Source of the DNA: an uncultured Sphaerobacteraceae bacterium
GTDB taxonomy: Bacteria > Chloroflexota > Chloroflexia > Thermomicrobiales > UBA6265
Reading direction: 5' to 3'
Assembly: GCA_964371945.1 (NCBI GenBank)
Contig: CAYJPA010000021.1
Location: 4,924-68,923, forward strand
DNA length: 64,000 nt
Position 1 is the stretch's first letter, and every line of letters starts with the position of its first letter. Below the pieces are notes generated by a model. That model was given only the letters and a program-made list of their open reading frames with translations. It made no database searches and was not told where the DNA came from. A program made the translations under genes and the position numbers. This document shows positions 9,264 to 22,682 of the stretch, one piece after another.

Positions 9264-10814
9264 CTATCCCAAGTGTTTGGCGGCGACGTTGGTGGCTTTG
9301 GCGATGAAGGCGGCGACGTCGTCTTTGAGTTTGGCGAGCACCGTTTTTTCCAGATAGACCATGTGGCCGACCGGGTATTTCTCGGTTTGGAGATTGCCAC
9401 GTGTGGATGCATCGACGGCAATGTGCTCTAGCGTGAAATCGGTCGCAAAATAGGCCGTTGCGAGATCGTAGAAACCGGACGCGACGAAGAGGTTGAGATA
9501 CGGATTCTTGGCGAAGGCGCTGCCGAGGGCGGCGCTGGTTTTGGAATAGCCCTCACCGGCGCTGCCCCAATCCCAGTCGAGTGAGCGCAGAATGTGATAT
9601 TCGACATCGCTCTCGTACCCGAGATCGCTCCGCACGTAGTCGTTGATCGCGGAGGTGAATGGCGGGCGGATCGCGGCGAGGCTTGGATCAAAATCGGGTT
9701 GCTCGGAAACGCCGATCGCGTCGAAGCCGGTGTAGCGGCTGTCTAGCCGGCCAACCGTTTTGCCTTCTTCGCGCAGCAGTTCTTTACAGAAGCGTTGGAT
9801 GTGGATCCGCACATTGCTCAGCTCGATATATTTCTGAGGAAGACCCGTATAGCGAGCAAGTCGTTCGGCAATCGTCGTCCGCTCAGTTCCGACCAGCGCG
9901 CTGCCCTTGGCGAGCGCGACCGCGTAGTCGCCTGCTGCCCAGGTCTCCGCTTCGGCCAGTAGCGTTTTCAGCTCCATTTGCTGCAGATCGGCCGGCAATC
10001 GCTTGTGATACCAGGCGGTAGCGGCATAGGTTGGCAGATAGAGCCAGTAGGGCATGTCGTTGCCCTCGTCGAACCGGAGCGTTTGCATGTTGAGCACGCT
10101 CGAAACGAGCACGATCCCGTTGAACGCAATCCCCTTCTCGACCAAGAGGCCCGCGAGTCCGGCGGCGCGGAAAGTGCCATAACTCTCGCCGACCATGAAG
10201 AGCGGCGACGACCAGCGACGGTAACGGGATAGGTAGAGGCGGATGAATTCGCCGACCGATTCGAGATCCTTTTTCACGCCCAGGTATTGCTTTGTTAGCT
10301 CAGGCGTGGTTGCGCGGCTGTAGCCGGTATCGACCGGGTCGACGAAGACGAGATCAGTCTGTTCCAGCCAGGTTCGATCGTTCGAGATGACCTCGAATGG
10401 CGGGGGCGGCATCGCGCCGTCATCGAGCATTCGCACCCGCTTTGGTCCGAGACCACCCATATGCAGCCAAACGGAGGACGAACCGGGGCCGCCATTGAAC
10501 GAGAACATAAGCGGTCGCTTGCGATCGCCCTCGGGAGAACCGAGCGTGTACGCGGTAAAGAAGAGTCTCGCTTCGATTTCGCCCTTGTCGTTCTTGAGCG
10601 GCATCAGCCCGGAGGTCGAGTAGTACTCCAGTTCCTTGCCGCCGATGGTGATCTTGTGAGCGGTTACAACGGGCGGGGTCTCTTCGGTATTCGGTGTTGG
10701 CTCCGCGGGCGACGCTTGTGGCTGGTCCATTGCTTCAGAGGCGCCTCCCCCTTTCGGCATGACCGAGAGCGCGAGGGAGGCGATTGGGAGCAATCCGAGG
10801 AAAAGTCGTTTCAT
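9264..10814 (-). CDS. Secreted serine carboxypeptidase, peptidase S10 family
   Basis: 516 aa. Signal-like N-terminus MKRLFLGLLPIASLALSV. Contains FNGGPGSSSVW and the catalytic-serine context VGESYGTF. Confidence 0.7.
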   Translation of the reverse strand: MKRLFLGLLPIASLALSVMPKGGGASEAMDQPQASPAEPTPNTEETPPVVTAHKITIGGKELEYYSTSGLMPLKNDKGEIEARLFFTAYTLGSPEGDRKRPLMFSFNGGPGSSSVWLHMGGLGPKRVRMLDDGAMPPPPFEVISNDRTWLEQTDLVFVDPVDTGYSRATTPELTKQYLGVKKDLESVGEFIRLYLSRYRRWSSPLFMVGESYGTFRAAGLAGLLVEKGIAFNGIVLVSSVLNMQTLRFDEGNDMPYWLYLPTYAATAWYHKRLPADLQQMELKTLLAEAETWAAGDYAVALAKGSALVGTERTTIAERLARYTGLPQKYIELSNVRIHIQRFCKELLREEGKTVGRLDSRYTGFDAIGVSEQPDFDPSLAAIRPPFTSAINDYVRSDLGYESDVEYHILRSLDWDWGSAGEGYSKTSAALGSAFAKNPYLNLFVASGFYDLATAYFATDFTLEHIAVDASTRGNLQTEKYPVGHMVYLEKTVLAKLKDDVAAFIAKATNVAAKHLG

Positions 10815-11057
10815 TGAGACCTGTTACCTTCCTTAGGCGAACGACCCGGCAGCGAGGTCGAGCTCGATACGCCGGAGCAGTTATTGACGATGAGCCGCCG
10901 GTCGCTGTCAAGTCGCTACCGATAAACCTTCCACAATCGTCATAACCGGCGTATCATCGACCGGTTGCCGTCGCTTCTCCGCCAGACGGAACTCCCAGGT
11001 GAGGTTCATGAGCGCCCGCTTTCTTCCCGATCGCAATCGAGTCTGCATGGTCGCTGC

Positions 11058-12824
11058 ATGAAGATCGTTCGCCGGATCTTCAGTTATCTTCGCCCATATC
11101 CCGGCCGGGTCATCGCGATCTACCTCGCGCTTTTTGCCGCGCTCGGCATCCAACTCGCAATTCCGACCGTGCTTGGGCGGGCGATCGACGACGGCATCGT
11201 CGCCCGCGACGAGGGTTTCCTCGTTCGCGCCGCGGTGGTGATCGTCGGGCTGACGCTGCTGCAAGGCATCTTCACATTCATCCGGTCGTATCTCGTACAG
11301 GCACTGGCGGAAAAGGTTGGGTACGACCTTCGCAACGAGCTCTACGCCCATCTTCAATCGCAGCAATTCTCCTTCTACGATCGCGCGCAGACCGGGCAGC
11401 TCATGTCCCGCGCGACCGACGACATCAACAACATCCGCGCGATGCTGGTGATGTCGATGCGGCCGCTGGTGCTTGCGGTCGGCACCTTTTCGATCGTGAC
11501 CGTGATCCTGATTCGAGCCGACGCACTGCTGTCAGCGGTGGCGCTGATTCCGATGCCCTTCCTTATCTGGTACTCGATTCGTTACGGCGTTGCGTTGCGT
11601 CCAATGTTTCAGAAAGTGCAACAGCAATTCGGGGCGATGACATCCGCGCTTCAAGAGAATGTCTCCGGCAGCCGGGTTGTGCGAGCCTTCGCGCAGGAGC
11701 GCGCCGAAAATGAGCGATTCGAATCGGAATTGCAGGAGCTGTTCGAGCGGAACATGCACGCTTCGAAGAGCTGGGCATTTGCCTATCCATTGACGCTTGC
11801 CCTTTCCGGCCTCGGGCTTTGCGCGGTGCTCTGGCTGGGTGGTCACCGGGTGATCTCCGGCAGCATGACGATCGGCACCTTTGTCGCGTTCAACCGCTAT
11901 ATGACGCTACTCAATGAGCCAGTGCGCTGGCTTGGACTGGTCGTTAACCGAATCGCGCGCGCGGTCGCTTCCGGCGAGCGGATTTTCGACACGCTCGATA
12001 CCAAACCAACGATCCAGAACAGACCCGATGCGATCGATCTCCGTCCGATGCGCGGCGAAGTCATCTTCGAGGATGTTTCGTTCACCTATGTAGGAACAAG
12101 ACAGAAGGCGCTCGATGCAGTGTCATTCACCGCCGAACCGGGGACGGTGACCGCGCTCGTCGGCCCGACCGGCGCCGGCAAGACGACCATCATCAACTTG
12201 ATCCCACGCTTCTATGAGACGACCAACGGACGGGTTCTTGTCGACGGTCACAACGTTCGCGAACTGACGCTGGAGTCGCTACGAAGCCAGATCGGGATCG
12301 TGCTCCAAGAAACATTTCTCTTTTCGGTCGCGATTCGCGACAACATCGCGTACGGGCAACCCGATGCTGCAATCGACGACGTGATCGCGGCCGCGAAAGC
12401 TGCCCGCGCCCACGAATTCATTTCGGCGATGCCGCAGGGTTATGACACGGAGGTCGGCGAGCGCGGCGTCACGCTCTCCGGCGGTCAAAAGCAGCGGATC
12501 GCGATTGCGCGGGCGCTGTTGCTCAATCCGCGAATCCTGATCCTCGACGACGCGACCTCGAGCGTCGATACCGAAACCGAGCACGACATCCAGTCGGCAC
12601 TACGGGTGTTGATGACCGGCCGGACGTCGATCGTGATCGCCCAGCGGATCGCGACGGTCGAGCACGCCGATCAGATCCTGGTGTTCGATCGAGGCAGGAT
12701 CGTCGACCGCGGCGCCCATCTCGAACTCCTGCAACGATCCGGGTTTTATCGCGATCTGTACGAGCTTCAAATGCAGACGACTGCTGAAGCGGCGCCGGCG
12801 ATCGAAGGGAGCGGATCGGCATGA
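11058..12824 (+). CDS. ABC exporter, fused permease/ATPase (heterodimer subunit 1)
   Basis: I chose ATG 11058 (MKIVRRIFSYLRPYPGRV). TM domain plus NBD: Walker A GPTGAGKTT, signature LSGGQKQR, Walker B ILILDDATS. Confidence 0.88.
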   Translation: MKIVRRIFSYLRPYPGRVIAIYLALFAALGIQLAIPTVLGRAIDDGIVARDEGFLVRAAVVIVGLTLLQGIFTFIRSYLVQALAEKVGYDLRNELYAHLQSQQFSFYDRAQTGQLMSRATDDINNIRAMLVMSMRPLVLAVGTFSIVTVILIRADALLSAVALIPMPFLIWYSIRYGVALRPMFQKVQQQFGAMTSALQENVSGSRVVRAFAQERAENERFESELQELFERNMHASKSWAFAYPLTLALSGLGLCAVLWLGGHRVISGSMTIGTFVAFNRYMTLLNEPVRWLGLVVNRIARAVASGERIFDTLDTKPTIQNRPDAIDLRPMRGEVIFEDVSFTYVGTRQKALDAVSFTAEPGTVTALVGPTGAGKTTIINLIPRFYETTNGRVLVDGHNVRELTLESLRSQIGIVLQETFLFSVAIRDNIAYGQPDAAIDDVIAAAKAARAHEFISAMPQGYDTEVGERGVTLSGGQKQRIAIARALLLNPRILILDDATSSVDTETEHDIQSALRVLMTGRTSIVIAQRIATVEHADQILVFDRGRIVDRGAHLELLQRSGFYRDLYELQMQTTAEAAPAIEGSGSA

Positions 12825-14602
12825 TGGCCCAGGTCGATCCCGACGATCTCCTTGGCAAGGCGTACGATCCTCAGATCGTGCGGCGTCTCGGGGCGTTCGT
12901 GGTGCCATATCGCCGGCGAGCGATCTTGACACTGCTGTTGCTGGTCGTTGTGACGGCCACAGATCTCCTCCTGCCGAAACTCTTCAGTATCGCGATCGAC
13001 GAGGTCACCGGTAAGAAGCGAGGCAGCCGGGTCGATCTGCTCGGTGTGATGTTCCTCGCTCTGTTGACAATCCGGTTCTTCGCGACCTGGGCGGAGTTCT
13101 ATCTGATCTCCTGGTTGGGCAATCGCGTCGTGTTCGATCTGCGCAATCGCATGTTCCGCCATCTGCAAACGCTGAGTGTTGGGTACGTCGACCGCCGCGG
13201 TGTCGGTTCGATCATGAGCCGCTTGCAGAATGATGTCGGGGTTATCAACGAGTTCTTCGGCGAGGGGATTACCGGCGTCTTCAGCAACACGCTGATCCTG
13301 GTCGGCATCGTTATCGTGATGCTCTGGACGGACTGGAAGTTGGCGCTGGTTTCGTTCGTCGTGCTGCCGATCATGATCTTCATTATGAAGTTGTGGCGGA
13401 GAGGCGCGATCGAAACCTACCGCTCGACCAGGCGGACGATCGCGATCGTCAACGCAAATCTCGCCGAGAGCATTGCCGGCATGCGGATCGTGGAGGCGTT
13501 CACACGCGAACCGGTGAACATGCGTCACTTCGACCGGATCAACCGCGACAATCTGGATGCTTCGGTCCATGCCGCCCGGCTGTCCTCCATCCTCTTTCCA
13601 ATCGTTTCGGTGGTCAATGCTGTCGCGACGGCGCTGATCATCTACATCGGCGGCAAGTTGGTCTTCAATGAAACGCTGACGATCGGCGAGCTCGTGCTCT
13701 TCATCGCACTGATCGACCGCTTTTTCGAGCCGATTCGCGATCTCAGCCAGCAATACAACGTTTTGCAGGCGGCAATGGTCGCAGGCGAGCGGATCTTCGA
13801 AGTGCTCGATGTCGAACCCGAAGTGAAGGACAAGCCGGACGCTTATGTGCTACCGGCGATCTCAGGCAAGGTCGACTACAACAAGGTGAGTTTTGGTTAC
13901 GGACGGACCGAAATCCTGCACGACATCGATTTGCACGTCGAGCCGGGCGAAACGGTCGCGTTTGTCGGCGAAACCGGCGCCGGCAAGACGTCGATGATCA
14001 ATCTCTTGATGCGCTTCTCGGATGTCTGGACAGGTAGCTTGACGATCGACGGGCACGATGTGCGCGACGTGACGCAAATGTCGCTGCGCTCGCAACTCGG
14101 GATCGTGCTGCAAGATACCTTCTTGTTCGGCGGAACGGTGCGCGACAACATCGCGTTCGCGAAACCGGGCGCAACCGCGGAAGAGGTCGAACAGGTTTCG
14201 CGCGAGGTGGGAGCGCACGAGTTCATATCAGCATTGCCGGATGGATACGACACCGAAATTCAGGAGCGTGGATCAAGTCTTTCGGTTGGTCAGCGGCAGT
14301 TGTTGTCGTTCGCGAGAGCGTTGCTCGCCGACCCGGCGATTCTGGTGCTGGACGAAGCGACAAGCAGCGTCGACACCCAGACCGAGCAGGTTATTCAGCG
14401 CGCGTTGTTGCGATTGCTGGAGGGCCGCACTTCGTTCGTCATCGCTCACCGTTTGTCGACGATTCGGAAGGCCGACAAGGTGGTGGTGATGCACGAAGGG
14501 CGGATCGTCGAAATGGGAACGCACGATTCGCTGATGGATGAGCGCGGCTATTACTATCGCCTCTATTCCATGCAATGGCGGACTGAAGCGGCGGCCGATT
14601 GA
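12821..14602 (+). CDS. ABC exporter, fused permease/ATPase (heterodimer subunit 2)
   Basis: The start overlaps the upstream stop (ATGA), suggesting translational coupling. Walker A GETGAGKTS, signature LSVGQRQL, Walker B ILVLDEATS. Confidence 0.88.
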   Translation: MMAQVDPDDLLGKAYDPQIVRRLGAFVVPYRRRAILTLLLLVVVTATDLLLPKLFSIAIDEVTGKKRGSRVDLLGVMFLALLTIRFFATWAEFYLISWLGNRVVFDLRNRMFRHLQTLSVGYVDRRGVGSIMSRLQNDVGVINEFFGEGITGVFSNTLILVGIVIVMLWTDWKLALVSFVVLPIMIFIMKLWRRGAIETYRSTRRTIAIVNANLAESIAGMRIVEAFTREPVNMRHFDRINRDNLDASVHAARLSSILFPIVSVVNAVATALIIYIGGKLVFNETLTIGELVLFIALIDRFFEPIRDLSQQYNVLQAAMVAGERIFEVLDVEPEVKDKPDAYVLPAISGKVDYNKVSFGYGRTEILHDIDLHVEPGETVAFVGETGAGKTSMINLLMRFSDVWTGSLTIDGHDVRDVTQMSLRSQLGIVLQDTFLFGGTVRDNIAFAKPGATAEEVEQVSREVGAHEFISALPDGYDTEIQERGSSLSVGQRQLLSFARALLADPAILVLDEATSSVDTQTEQVIQRALLRLLEGRTSFVIAHRLSTIRKADKVVVMHEGRIVEMGTHDSLMDERGYYYRLYSMQWRTEAAAD

Positions 14603-14916
14603 CCGCCGACCTGAGCGTTCGGTCACACAGTTCCGTTTAGTGTTCGTTGCGATCCATCCCCAGAAACACGAATGAAATCCAAAGAGCGAATCAGGCAGCA
14701 CTGACTTCGGTCGACTCGAGCGCGATGTTGTTGGAGCTCAATTCTGAAGATCACTCAATTGGTGCCACATACTCGTGACGTGGTTCGAGAGTTATGGCAC
14801 GATGTGCCAATCAAAATCATGCAAATCTGACCAGGCGATTCTGCGACCGGAGTTTGAACCGTTGCGGGATTCAGTGAATCTCGCTGTGCGGGCCGCGCTA
14901 CGTGAGGTGTGTTGAG

Positions 14917-16041
14917 ATGGTGCTTTCTGCCAGGAATGGCCGTCAGGTGGCGGTTGCGATTCTTATGGTCGCGGTAATGGCATTCGGGAACCTGGGATCG
15001 GCGGCCGCCCAGGACTCCTTCGGCTGGTATGGGCCTTATGACGACGGCTGCTACTACTGGTGGGATGGCTACCAATGGACCGGCGATGTCGATTGCGACG
15101 GCGACGGTTACGTCGATGCTCCTGCGAACACGTATGCGGCCGGTTGGTATGGACCGTATGACGACGGTTGTTACTACTGGTGGAACGGCAATGATTGGAC
15201 GACCGATGTCGATTGCGACGGCGATGGATTTACAGATACTGCCGCCACTGTCTATCCGGCCGATTGGTACGGCCCATACGACGACGGCTGCTACTACTGG
15301 TGGGACGGCACCAAGTATTCTGGCGAGCTCGATTGCGACGGCGACGGGTACACCGACGCGACAGAAGAGACCTATCAGCCGGGCTGGTATGACCTTTACG
15401 GGGATGGATGCCTGTATTGGTTCGATGGATCTGCTTACACCGGCGATAGCGACTGCAACGGAGACGGTCTGGCTGATACCGTGCAGCGACCCGATGACAT
15501 CGATACGAGCACGACTGACGACTATATCGATACGCAGTTCGACGCGATCAACCAAATGTGGGCGGAACGCTTCAGGAATGCGGGCCTCGATTACTCAACG
15601 CCCCGGCTAGTCATCGCAACCGATCCAATCAACGTCGCCTGCACCACTGCCGACGGGGATCAACTCCTTGAAACGGAGGACTGGATTTTTTACTGCTCGG
15701 GCGATGAATCCATCTACTTCGGGCCGGGAAATCTGGAAAAAATCGTGCAGAGCGGTATTGGCGCGGTCCAGTTCACGGTCGCGCACGAGTTCGGACATCA
15801 CGTGCAATCGGAGATGGATCCGTCGTTTGCGACCAACTACGGGAAGGACACGGTCGCCTATGAGAATCAAGCCACGTGCATGGCGGGGGTTTGGTTCAAC
15901 GAGCTCGATGCGCAGGGTTTGCCAAGCGATCTCAACGCCGCGATGACTTTTCTTGGCACGGCAACTGATGATGTCCACGGGAAAAGCGATGATCAAATCG
16001 CTGCTTTGCTGAAGGGGTATCACGACCCGGACGCTTGTTAA
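14917..16041 (+). CDS. Secreted protein: four 40-aa Cys/Trp/Asp-rich repeats fused to a YpfJ-type neutral zinc metallopeptidase domain
   Basis: Signal-like N-terminus MVLSARNGRQVAVAILMVAVMAFGNLGSAAAQD, then four repeats. The C-terminal domain has HExxH (VAHEFGHHVQ), ENQATCMAGVWF and ATDDVHGKSDDQ, as in the YpfJ/PF04228-like family (recognised from memory). Confidence 0.7.
   Translation: MVLSARNGRQVAVAILMVAVMAFGNLGSAAAQDSFGWYGPYDDGCYYWWDGYQWTGDVDCDGDGYVDAPANTYAAGWYGPYDDGCYYWWNGNDWTTDVDCDGDGFTDTAATVYPADWYGPYDDGCYYWWDGTKYSGELDCDGDGYTDATEETYQPGWYDLYGDGCLYWFDGSAYTGDSDCNGDGLADTVQRPDDIDTSTTDDYIDTQFDAINQMWAERFRNAGLDYSTPRLVIATDPINVACTTADGDQLLETEDWIFYCSGDESIYFGPGNLEKIVQSGIGAVQFTVAHEFGHHVQSEMDPSFATNYGKDTVAYENQATCMAGVWFNELDAQGLPSDLNAAMTFLGTATDDVHGKSDDQIAALLKGYHDPDAC
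15022..15501 (+). repeat. 4 x 120-bp in-frame tandem repeat inside the metallopeptidase gene
   Basis: The units encode GWYGPYDDGCYYWWDGYQWTGDVDCDGDGYVDAPANTYAA, GWYGPYDDGCYYWWNGNDWTTDVDCDGDGFTDTAATVYPA, DWYGPYDDGCYYWWDGTKYSGELDCDGDGYTDATEETYQP and the more diverged GWYDLYGDGCLYWFDGSAYTGDSDCNGDGLADTVQRPDDI. Confidence 0.9.
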
Positions 16042-16088
16042 GCACCAACGCGACGAATCCCGCAAGCGCTGCCGCGTTCGCCGTCAGG

Positions 16089-17741
16089 TCAGCCTGATGT
16101 GACCGGTGCCTTCGCGAAGGCCGCGCTCGCGATCTCGCGGACGCGGCGGAGATCGATCTTGCCAGTACCGATCGTGGGCAGGACGTCGATTTCGACGTAG
16201 CTGTCGGTGCCCGGTAGGTAGAGATTCGGAAGACCGTCTTCGGCCAGTTTGCGGCGAAGCTGATCGGGTGTTTGGTCGAGCCCAGTGTGTATGACGACCA
16301 ATCGCTCCCCGCGGGCGGGGTCAGGCACGGAGACGACGATCAGCTTTGGACCCCCTTCGTCGTCCGTGCCGACGATATCGACAAGCGCTTCTTCGACCGC
16401 CAGATGGCTGACCATTTCGCCGCCGATTTTGGCGAAGCGGCTCTCCCGACCAACGATTCGGATGAAGCCTTCGTCATCGATCGTGGCCAAATCTCCCGTC
16501 ATGTACCAGCCGTCACGAATGGACTTCAATGTTGCTTCCGGCTGATTGAGATAGCCGGTCATCACGTTGGGGCCGGAAACCATGAGTATGCCTCGGCTGC
16601 CAACCGGCAGTTCCTCGCCGGTCTCCTGGTCGACCACTTTCACACGTATTCCGGGCGCGGCTTTCCCGACTGTGCCCTCCTGGGAGGACGACGATTGCTC
16701 TTGGGTCGCGCGAGTCGGTGGAATGTTCGAGGCGATCAGCGGCGATGTCTCGGTGCAGCCATAGCCTTCGACCGGCCGGATACCGAACTTTGCTGCGAAC
16801 TCATCAGCCACATGTTTCGGCAAGTGCTCCCCGCCAGTGACCACGACTTCAAGCGTCTTAAATTCCTCTCGATCGCACCTCCGCGTGAAATTGCGCAGGA
16901 ACATAGGGGTCGCGAGCAAAATCGTTCCCTTGCGCTCCCGGACCAGTTTCCCGATCGCCTGAGCTTCCAATGGATTGACGTGGTACGCGGCCTCTAGATC
17001 GAGCACGATCTCCGCCCAAAGCGTGACCGTAAAGCCGAAGGTGTGAAAGAACGGAAGGATGCCGAGGATCACGTCAGGACGGCGGACATGGATGACCTGA
17101 TCGATCGCTTCGATGTTCGAGCCAATGTTGCCGTAGGTGAGCACCGCGCCCTTCGGATCGCCCGTTGACCCTGACGTGAACATGACGGTCATTGGATCGC
17201 CGGTACCGGCATCGGTATGACCAAGAATTCGGGTTAACAGACCGGCTGGCAACGCGTACGCCTGGAACGCGCCAATCGCCTTGTCGATCGGGGACGCGGC
17301 GGTTCTGAAGTCCTCAAGAAAGATCAATTCGCTGTCGAGTTTGAGTTGAACACGCTCCATGAATCGCCGGCTGGTCAAGACATGGGTGATACCGGCCTGT
17401 GCGATGCACTTGTTGAGCAATTCGGACGTGAGCGTGTAGTTGAGATTGACCACGACGCGACAGTCGAGCGTCAGCGCAACATTGGTCACCACTGCGGCGG
17501 CCGTAGGCGGCAACAGGATCCCAACGTGCATCTCTGTCGGAGCAAGGACCTTCCGGCGAAGCAAACGCCGTAGCACAAGTGCCCTAACGAGTACCTCTCC
17601 GCCCGTCAACGTGGCACCGGTCGTGTCGGTGACTTTCGTGAGTCGGAGGCGTTTACGGCACGATCGAATCGCACTGGCAATGAACGCCGATCGCTTCGCT
17701 GTCGTATGCACGATCGAGCCCCTTTCAATATGCATCATCAC
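16089..17741 (-). CDS. AMP-dependent synthetase/ligase (acyl-CoA or acyl-ACP synthetase type)
   Basis: Contains MFTSGSTGDPKGAV, GYGCTETS and GWYMTGDLATIDDEGFIRIVGR. The exact start is uncertain: tandem ATGs at 17741/17738, or an internal GTG with an AAAGGGG box. Confidence 0.8.
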   Translation of the reverse strand: MMMHIERGSIVHTTAKRSAFIASAIRSCRKRLRLTKVTDTTGATLTGGEVLVRALVLRRLLRRKVLAPTEMHVGILLPPTAAAVVTNVALTLDCRVVVNLNYTLTSELLNKCIAQAGITHVLTSRRFMERVQLKLDSELIFLEDFRTAASPIDKAIGAFQAYALPAGLLTRILGHTDAGTGDPMTVMFTSGSTGDPKGAVLTYGNIGSNIEAIDQVIHVRRPDVILGILPFFHTFGFTVTLWAEIVLDLEAAYHVNPLEAQAIGKLVRERKGTILLATPMFLRNFTRRCDREEFKTLEVVVTGGEHLPKHVADEFAAKFGIRPVEGYGCTETSPLIASNIPPTRATQEQSSSSQEGTVGKAAPGIRVKVVDQETGEELPVGSRGILMVSGPNVMTGYLNQPEATLKSIRDGWYMTGDLATIDDEGFIRIVGRESRFAKIGGEMVSHLAVEEALVDIVGTDDEGGPKLIVVSVPDPARGERLVVIHTGLDQTPDQLRRKLAEDGLPNLYLPGTDSYVEIDVLPTIGTGKIDLRRVREIASAAFAKAPVTSG

Positions 17742-17971
17742 CTTACTTCGTTGCTGTTACAAGCATTGCGCGGGCTGGGTTTGACCGTATCCGCGACGTT
17801 CAGTACGAAAAAGGTGCAAGTTCACCCACTGATTTCAACTCTGACCCCCGAGAGACGCGGCCGCATCCTCAAAACCACGGAATTGCAGGTCAGTTGGGAC
17901 CAGATTTTTGATGATGCCTTGCTCTGGTATCCTGCCGGGCAAGCAATTGGTTCCAAAGATGAGGAGAAGAG

Positions 17972-21133
<3,162 letters not shown>

Positions 21134-21157
21134 TTGCAATCGATTCTGAACAAGGAA

Positions 21158-21187
21158 CGGGCCCGACTGCTGCTGCTGTCGGGCCCG
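21158..21187. terminator. Hairpin between convergent genes (likely bidirectional terminator)
   Basis: cgggcccgac - tgctgctgct - gtcgggcccg: a 10-bp perfect GC-rich stem. It sits between the BNR gene stop (21133) and the rpoN stop (21249). Confidence 0.5.
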
Positions 21188-21248
21188 ACAACAAGCATGA
21201 GTGTACGCGTCGTGCCACGGTGGAGCGTGGATATGTCACGAAGTGCGG

Positions 21249-22682
21249 CTACCGAACCGTGGACGGCAAGATCCTCAATTCCGCGCGGTACTTGGCGACC
21301 GTTCTGCGGGCGATGCGATACCCGCGATCGAGCAGGAGCGCCCGGATACGCATGTCGGACAATGGCTGACCGTTCGCGGACTCTTGTTCGATTAGCTCCT
21401 TGATGACGTCCTTGATGCTCAACGACGGTGTGAAGAAGTCGCTGAACGGAATCACTTTTCGATTCGGCAGCATGACGAATTTGTTCGCCGTGGCGCGGCT
21501 GACAGTCGACTCATGGACGCCGGCCTGAACGGCTACTTCTGATCTGGTCAGCGGCTTGAGCTCGCGAACGCCTTCGCGTAGGAACTCTTGTTGCATCTCG
21601 CAGATGCAGACACTTATGCGTAAGAGGGTTTCGCGTCTTTGTTCGAGTTTCCCGATGAATTGCTTGGCTCTCGTCACCGATTCGCGAATGTGCAGGCGGT
21701 CTTCTTCCGAAGTATTGAGGATCGACTCGGCTGATTTCGCTTCCGCGGTGCGTCGCCTGAGTTGTTGTGCAAGCTCAACGTACAGGTCATTGACGCGCAG
21801 TCGAGACTGGCTGTGACCGACCACCTCGACGTGCAGCTCGTCCTCGTGAATCGTAATCAGCACGTCGGGAACGACAAACGCCGTCGGCGCGCTCTGCTGC
21901 CAGGTCCTGGAGCGCGAATCCTGGAGCGGCTGAGGGCTCAAATGAGCGCGAATGAAATCGTGAGCGGCGGCGATCTCCTCGACCGGTCGTCGAAGATCGC
22001 GGGAGAGGTGATGGTACCGGTGAGCCGCCAGTTCCGCCAACCGCTGGTCGGCAAGCTCCTCGACCAGCGGGTCGATTTCAGCGCCATCTTCTCGCAGGAA
22101 ACGGATTTGAAGCAGGAGACTTTCGCGCAGATCGCGCGCGCCAACCCCCGGCGGAGCGAGCTCCTGGATCAATGTCAGGATTCCTTCGATTTCTTTCTCG
22201 GATCGGTCCATCGCGCTGGCAATTTCGCGCAGACTGGAAGTGAGAAACCCTCGCTCGTCGATTCCGTTGATGATCAATTCCGCGATGTCGTGATCGCGCC
22301 CGGGCAACGCGGCCCTGGCGTCAGCGAGCAGTTGTTCCAGGACTTCGATCCCGTCCGCGATCAATGAGATCGCATCGAATTCTTCGTCGCTTGTTGCTTG
22401 CGCCGGAAGCGGGTCGAATCGATCTGCCTCATCATCGACCACCGTTTGCGCCGGCGCGCTGTAGTCGGTCAAGCAATTGGGACAGACGCCGATTTCGAGC
22501 TTGGCGCTACACAGGGGACAGGTCGGCTGATCTTCGACTTCTAACGCGGGATTCGAGGTGATCGCCGTGGCAATTACTGTTTCGAGCTCCTGTGAGGAGA
22601 GATGCAAGAGATAGTTTGCCTCGATCAATCGGGGCAAGTTCCGCTGCCTTTGAGACTGATCGAAATCCAATCCGAATTCCAT
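21249..22682 (-). CDS. rpoN: RNA polymerase sigma-54 factor
   Basis: RpoN box ARRTVAKYR near the C-terminus. Region I-like N-terminus MEFGLDFDQSQRQRNLPRLIEANYLLHLSSQELE. I prefer ATG 22682 over the track start 22712. Confidence 0.9.
   Translation of the reverse strand: MEFGLDFDQSQRQRNLPRLIEANYLLHLSSQELETVIATAITSNPALEVEDQPTCPLCSAKLEIGVCPNCLTDYSAPAQTVVDDEADRFDPLPAQATSDEEFDAISLIADGIEVLEQLLADARAALPGRDHDIAELIINGIDERGFLTSSLREIASAMDRSEKEIEGILTLIQELAPPGVGARDLRESLLLQIRFLREDGAEIDPLVEELADQRLAELAAHRYHHLSRDLRRPVEEIAAAHDFIRAHLSPQPLQDSRSRTWQQSAPTAFVVPDVLITIHEDELHVEVVGHSQSRLRVNDLYVELAQQLRRRTAEAKSAESILNTSEEDRLHIRESVTRAKQFIGKLEQRRETLLRISVCICEMQQEFLREGVRELKPLTRSEVAVQAGVHESTVSRATANKFVMLPNRKVIPFSDFFTPSLSIKDVIKELIEQESANGQPLSDMRIRALLLDRGYRIARRTVAKYRAELRILPSTVR

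Noticed and set aside
12767-13753. 328-aa minus-strand ORF
   Set aside because: Antisense to ABC exporter subunit 2. Its Asp/Arg/His-rich low-complexity translation is not protein-like.
14755-15555. 266-aa minus-strand ORF with repetitive VAVAIDI/PPVV strings
   Set aside because: This is the reverse-strand reading of the 4 x 120-bp repeat. The plus-strand gene has a signal peptide and an HExxH domain, and it explains the repeat.
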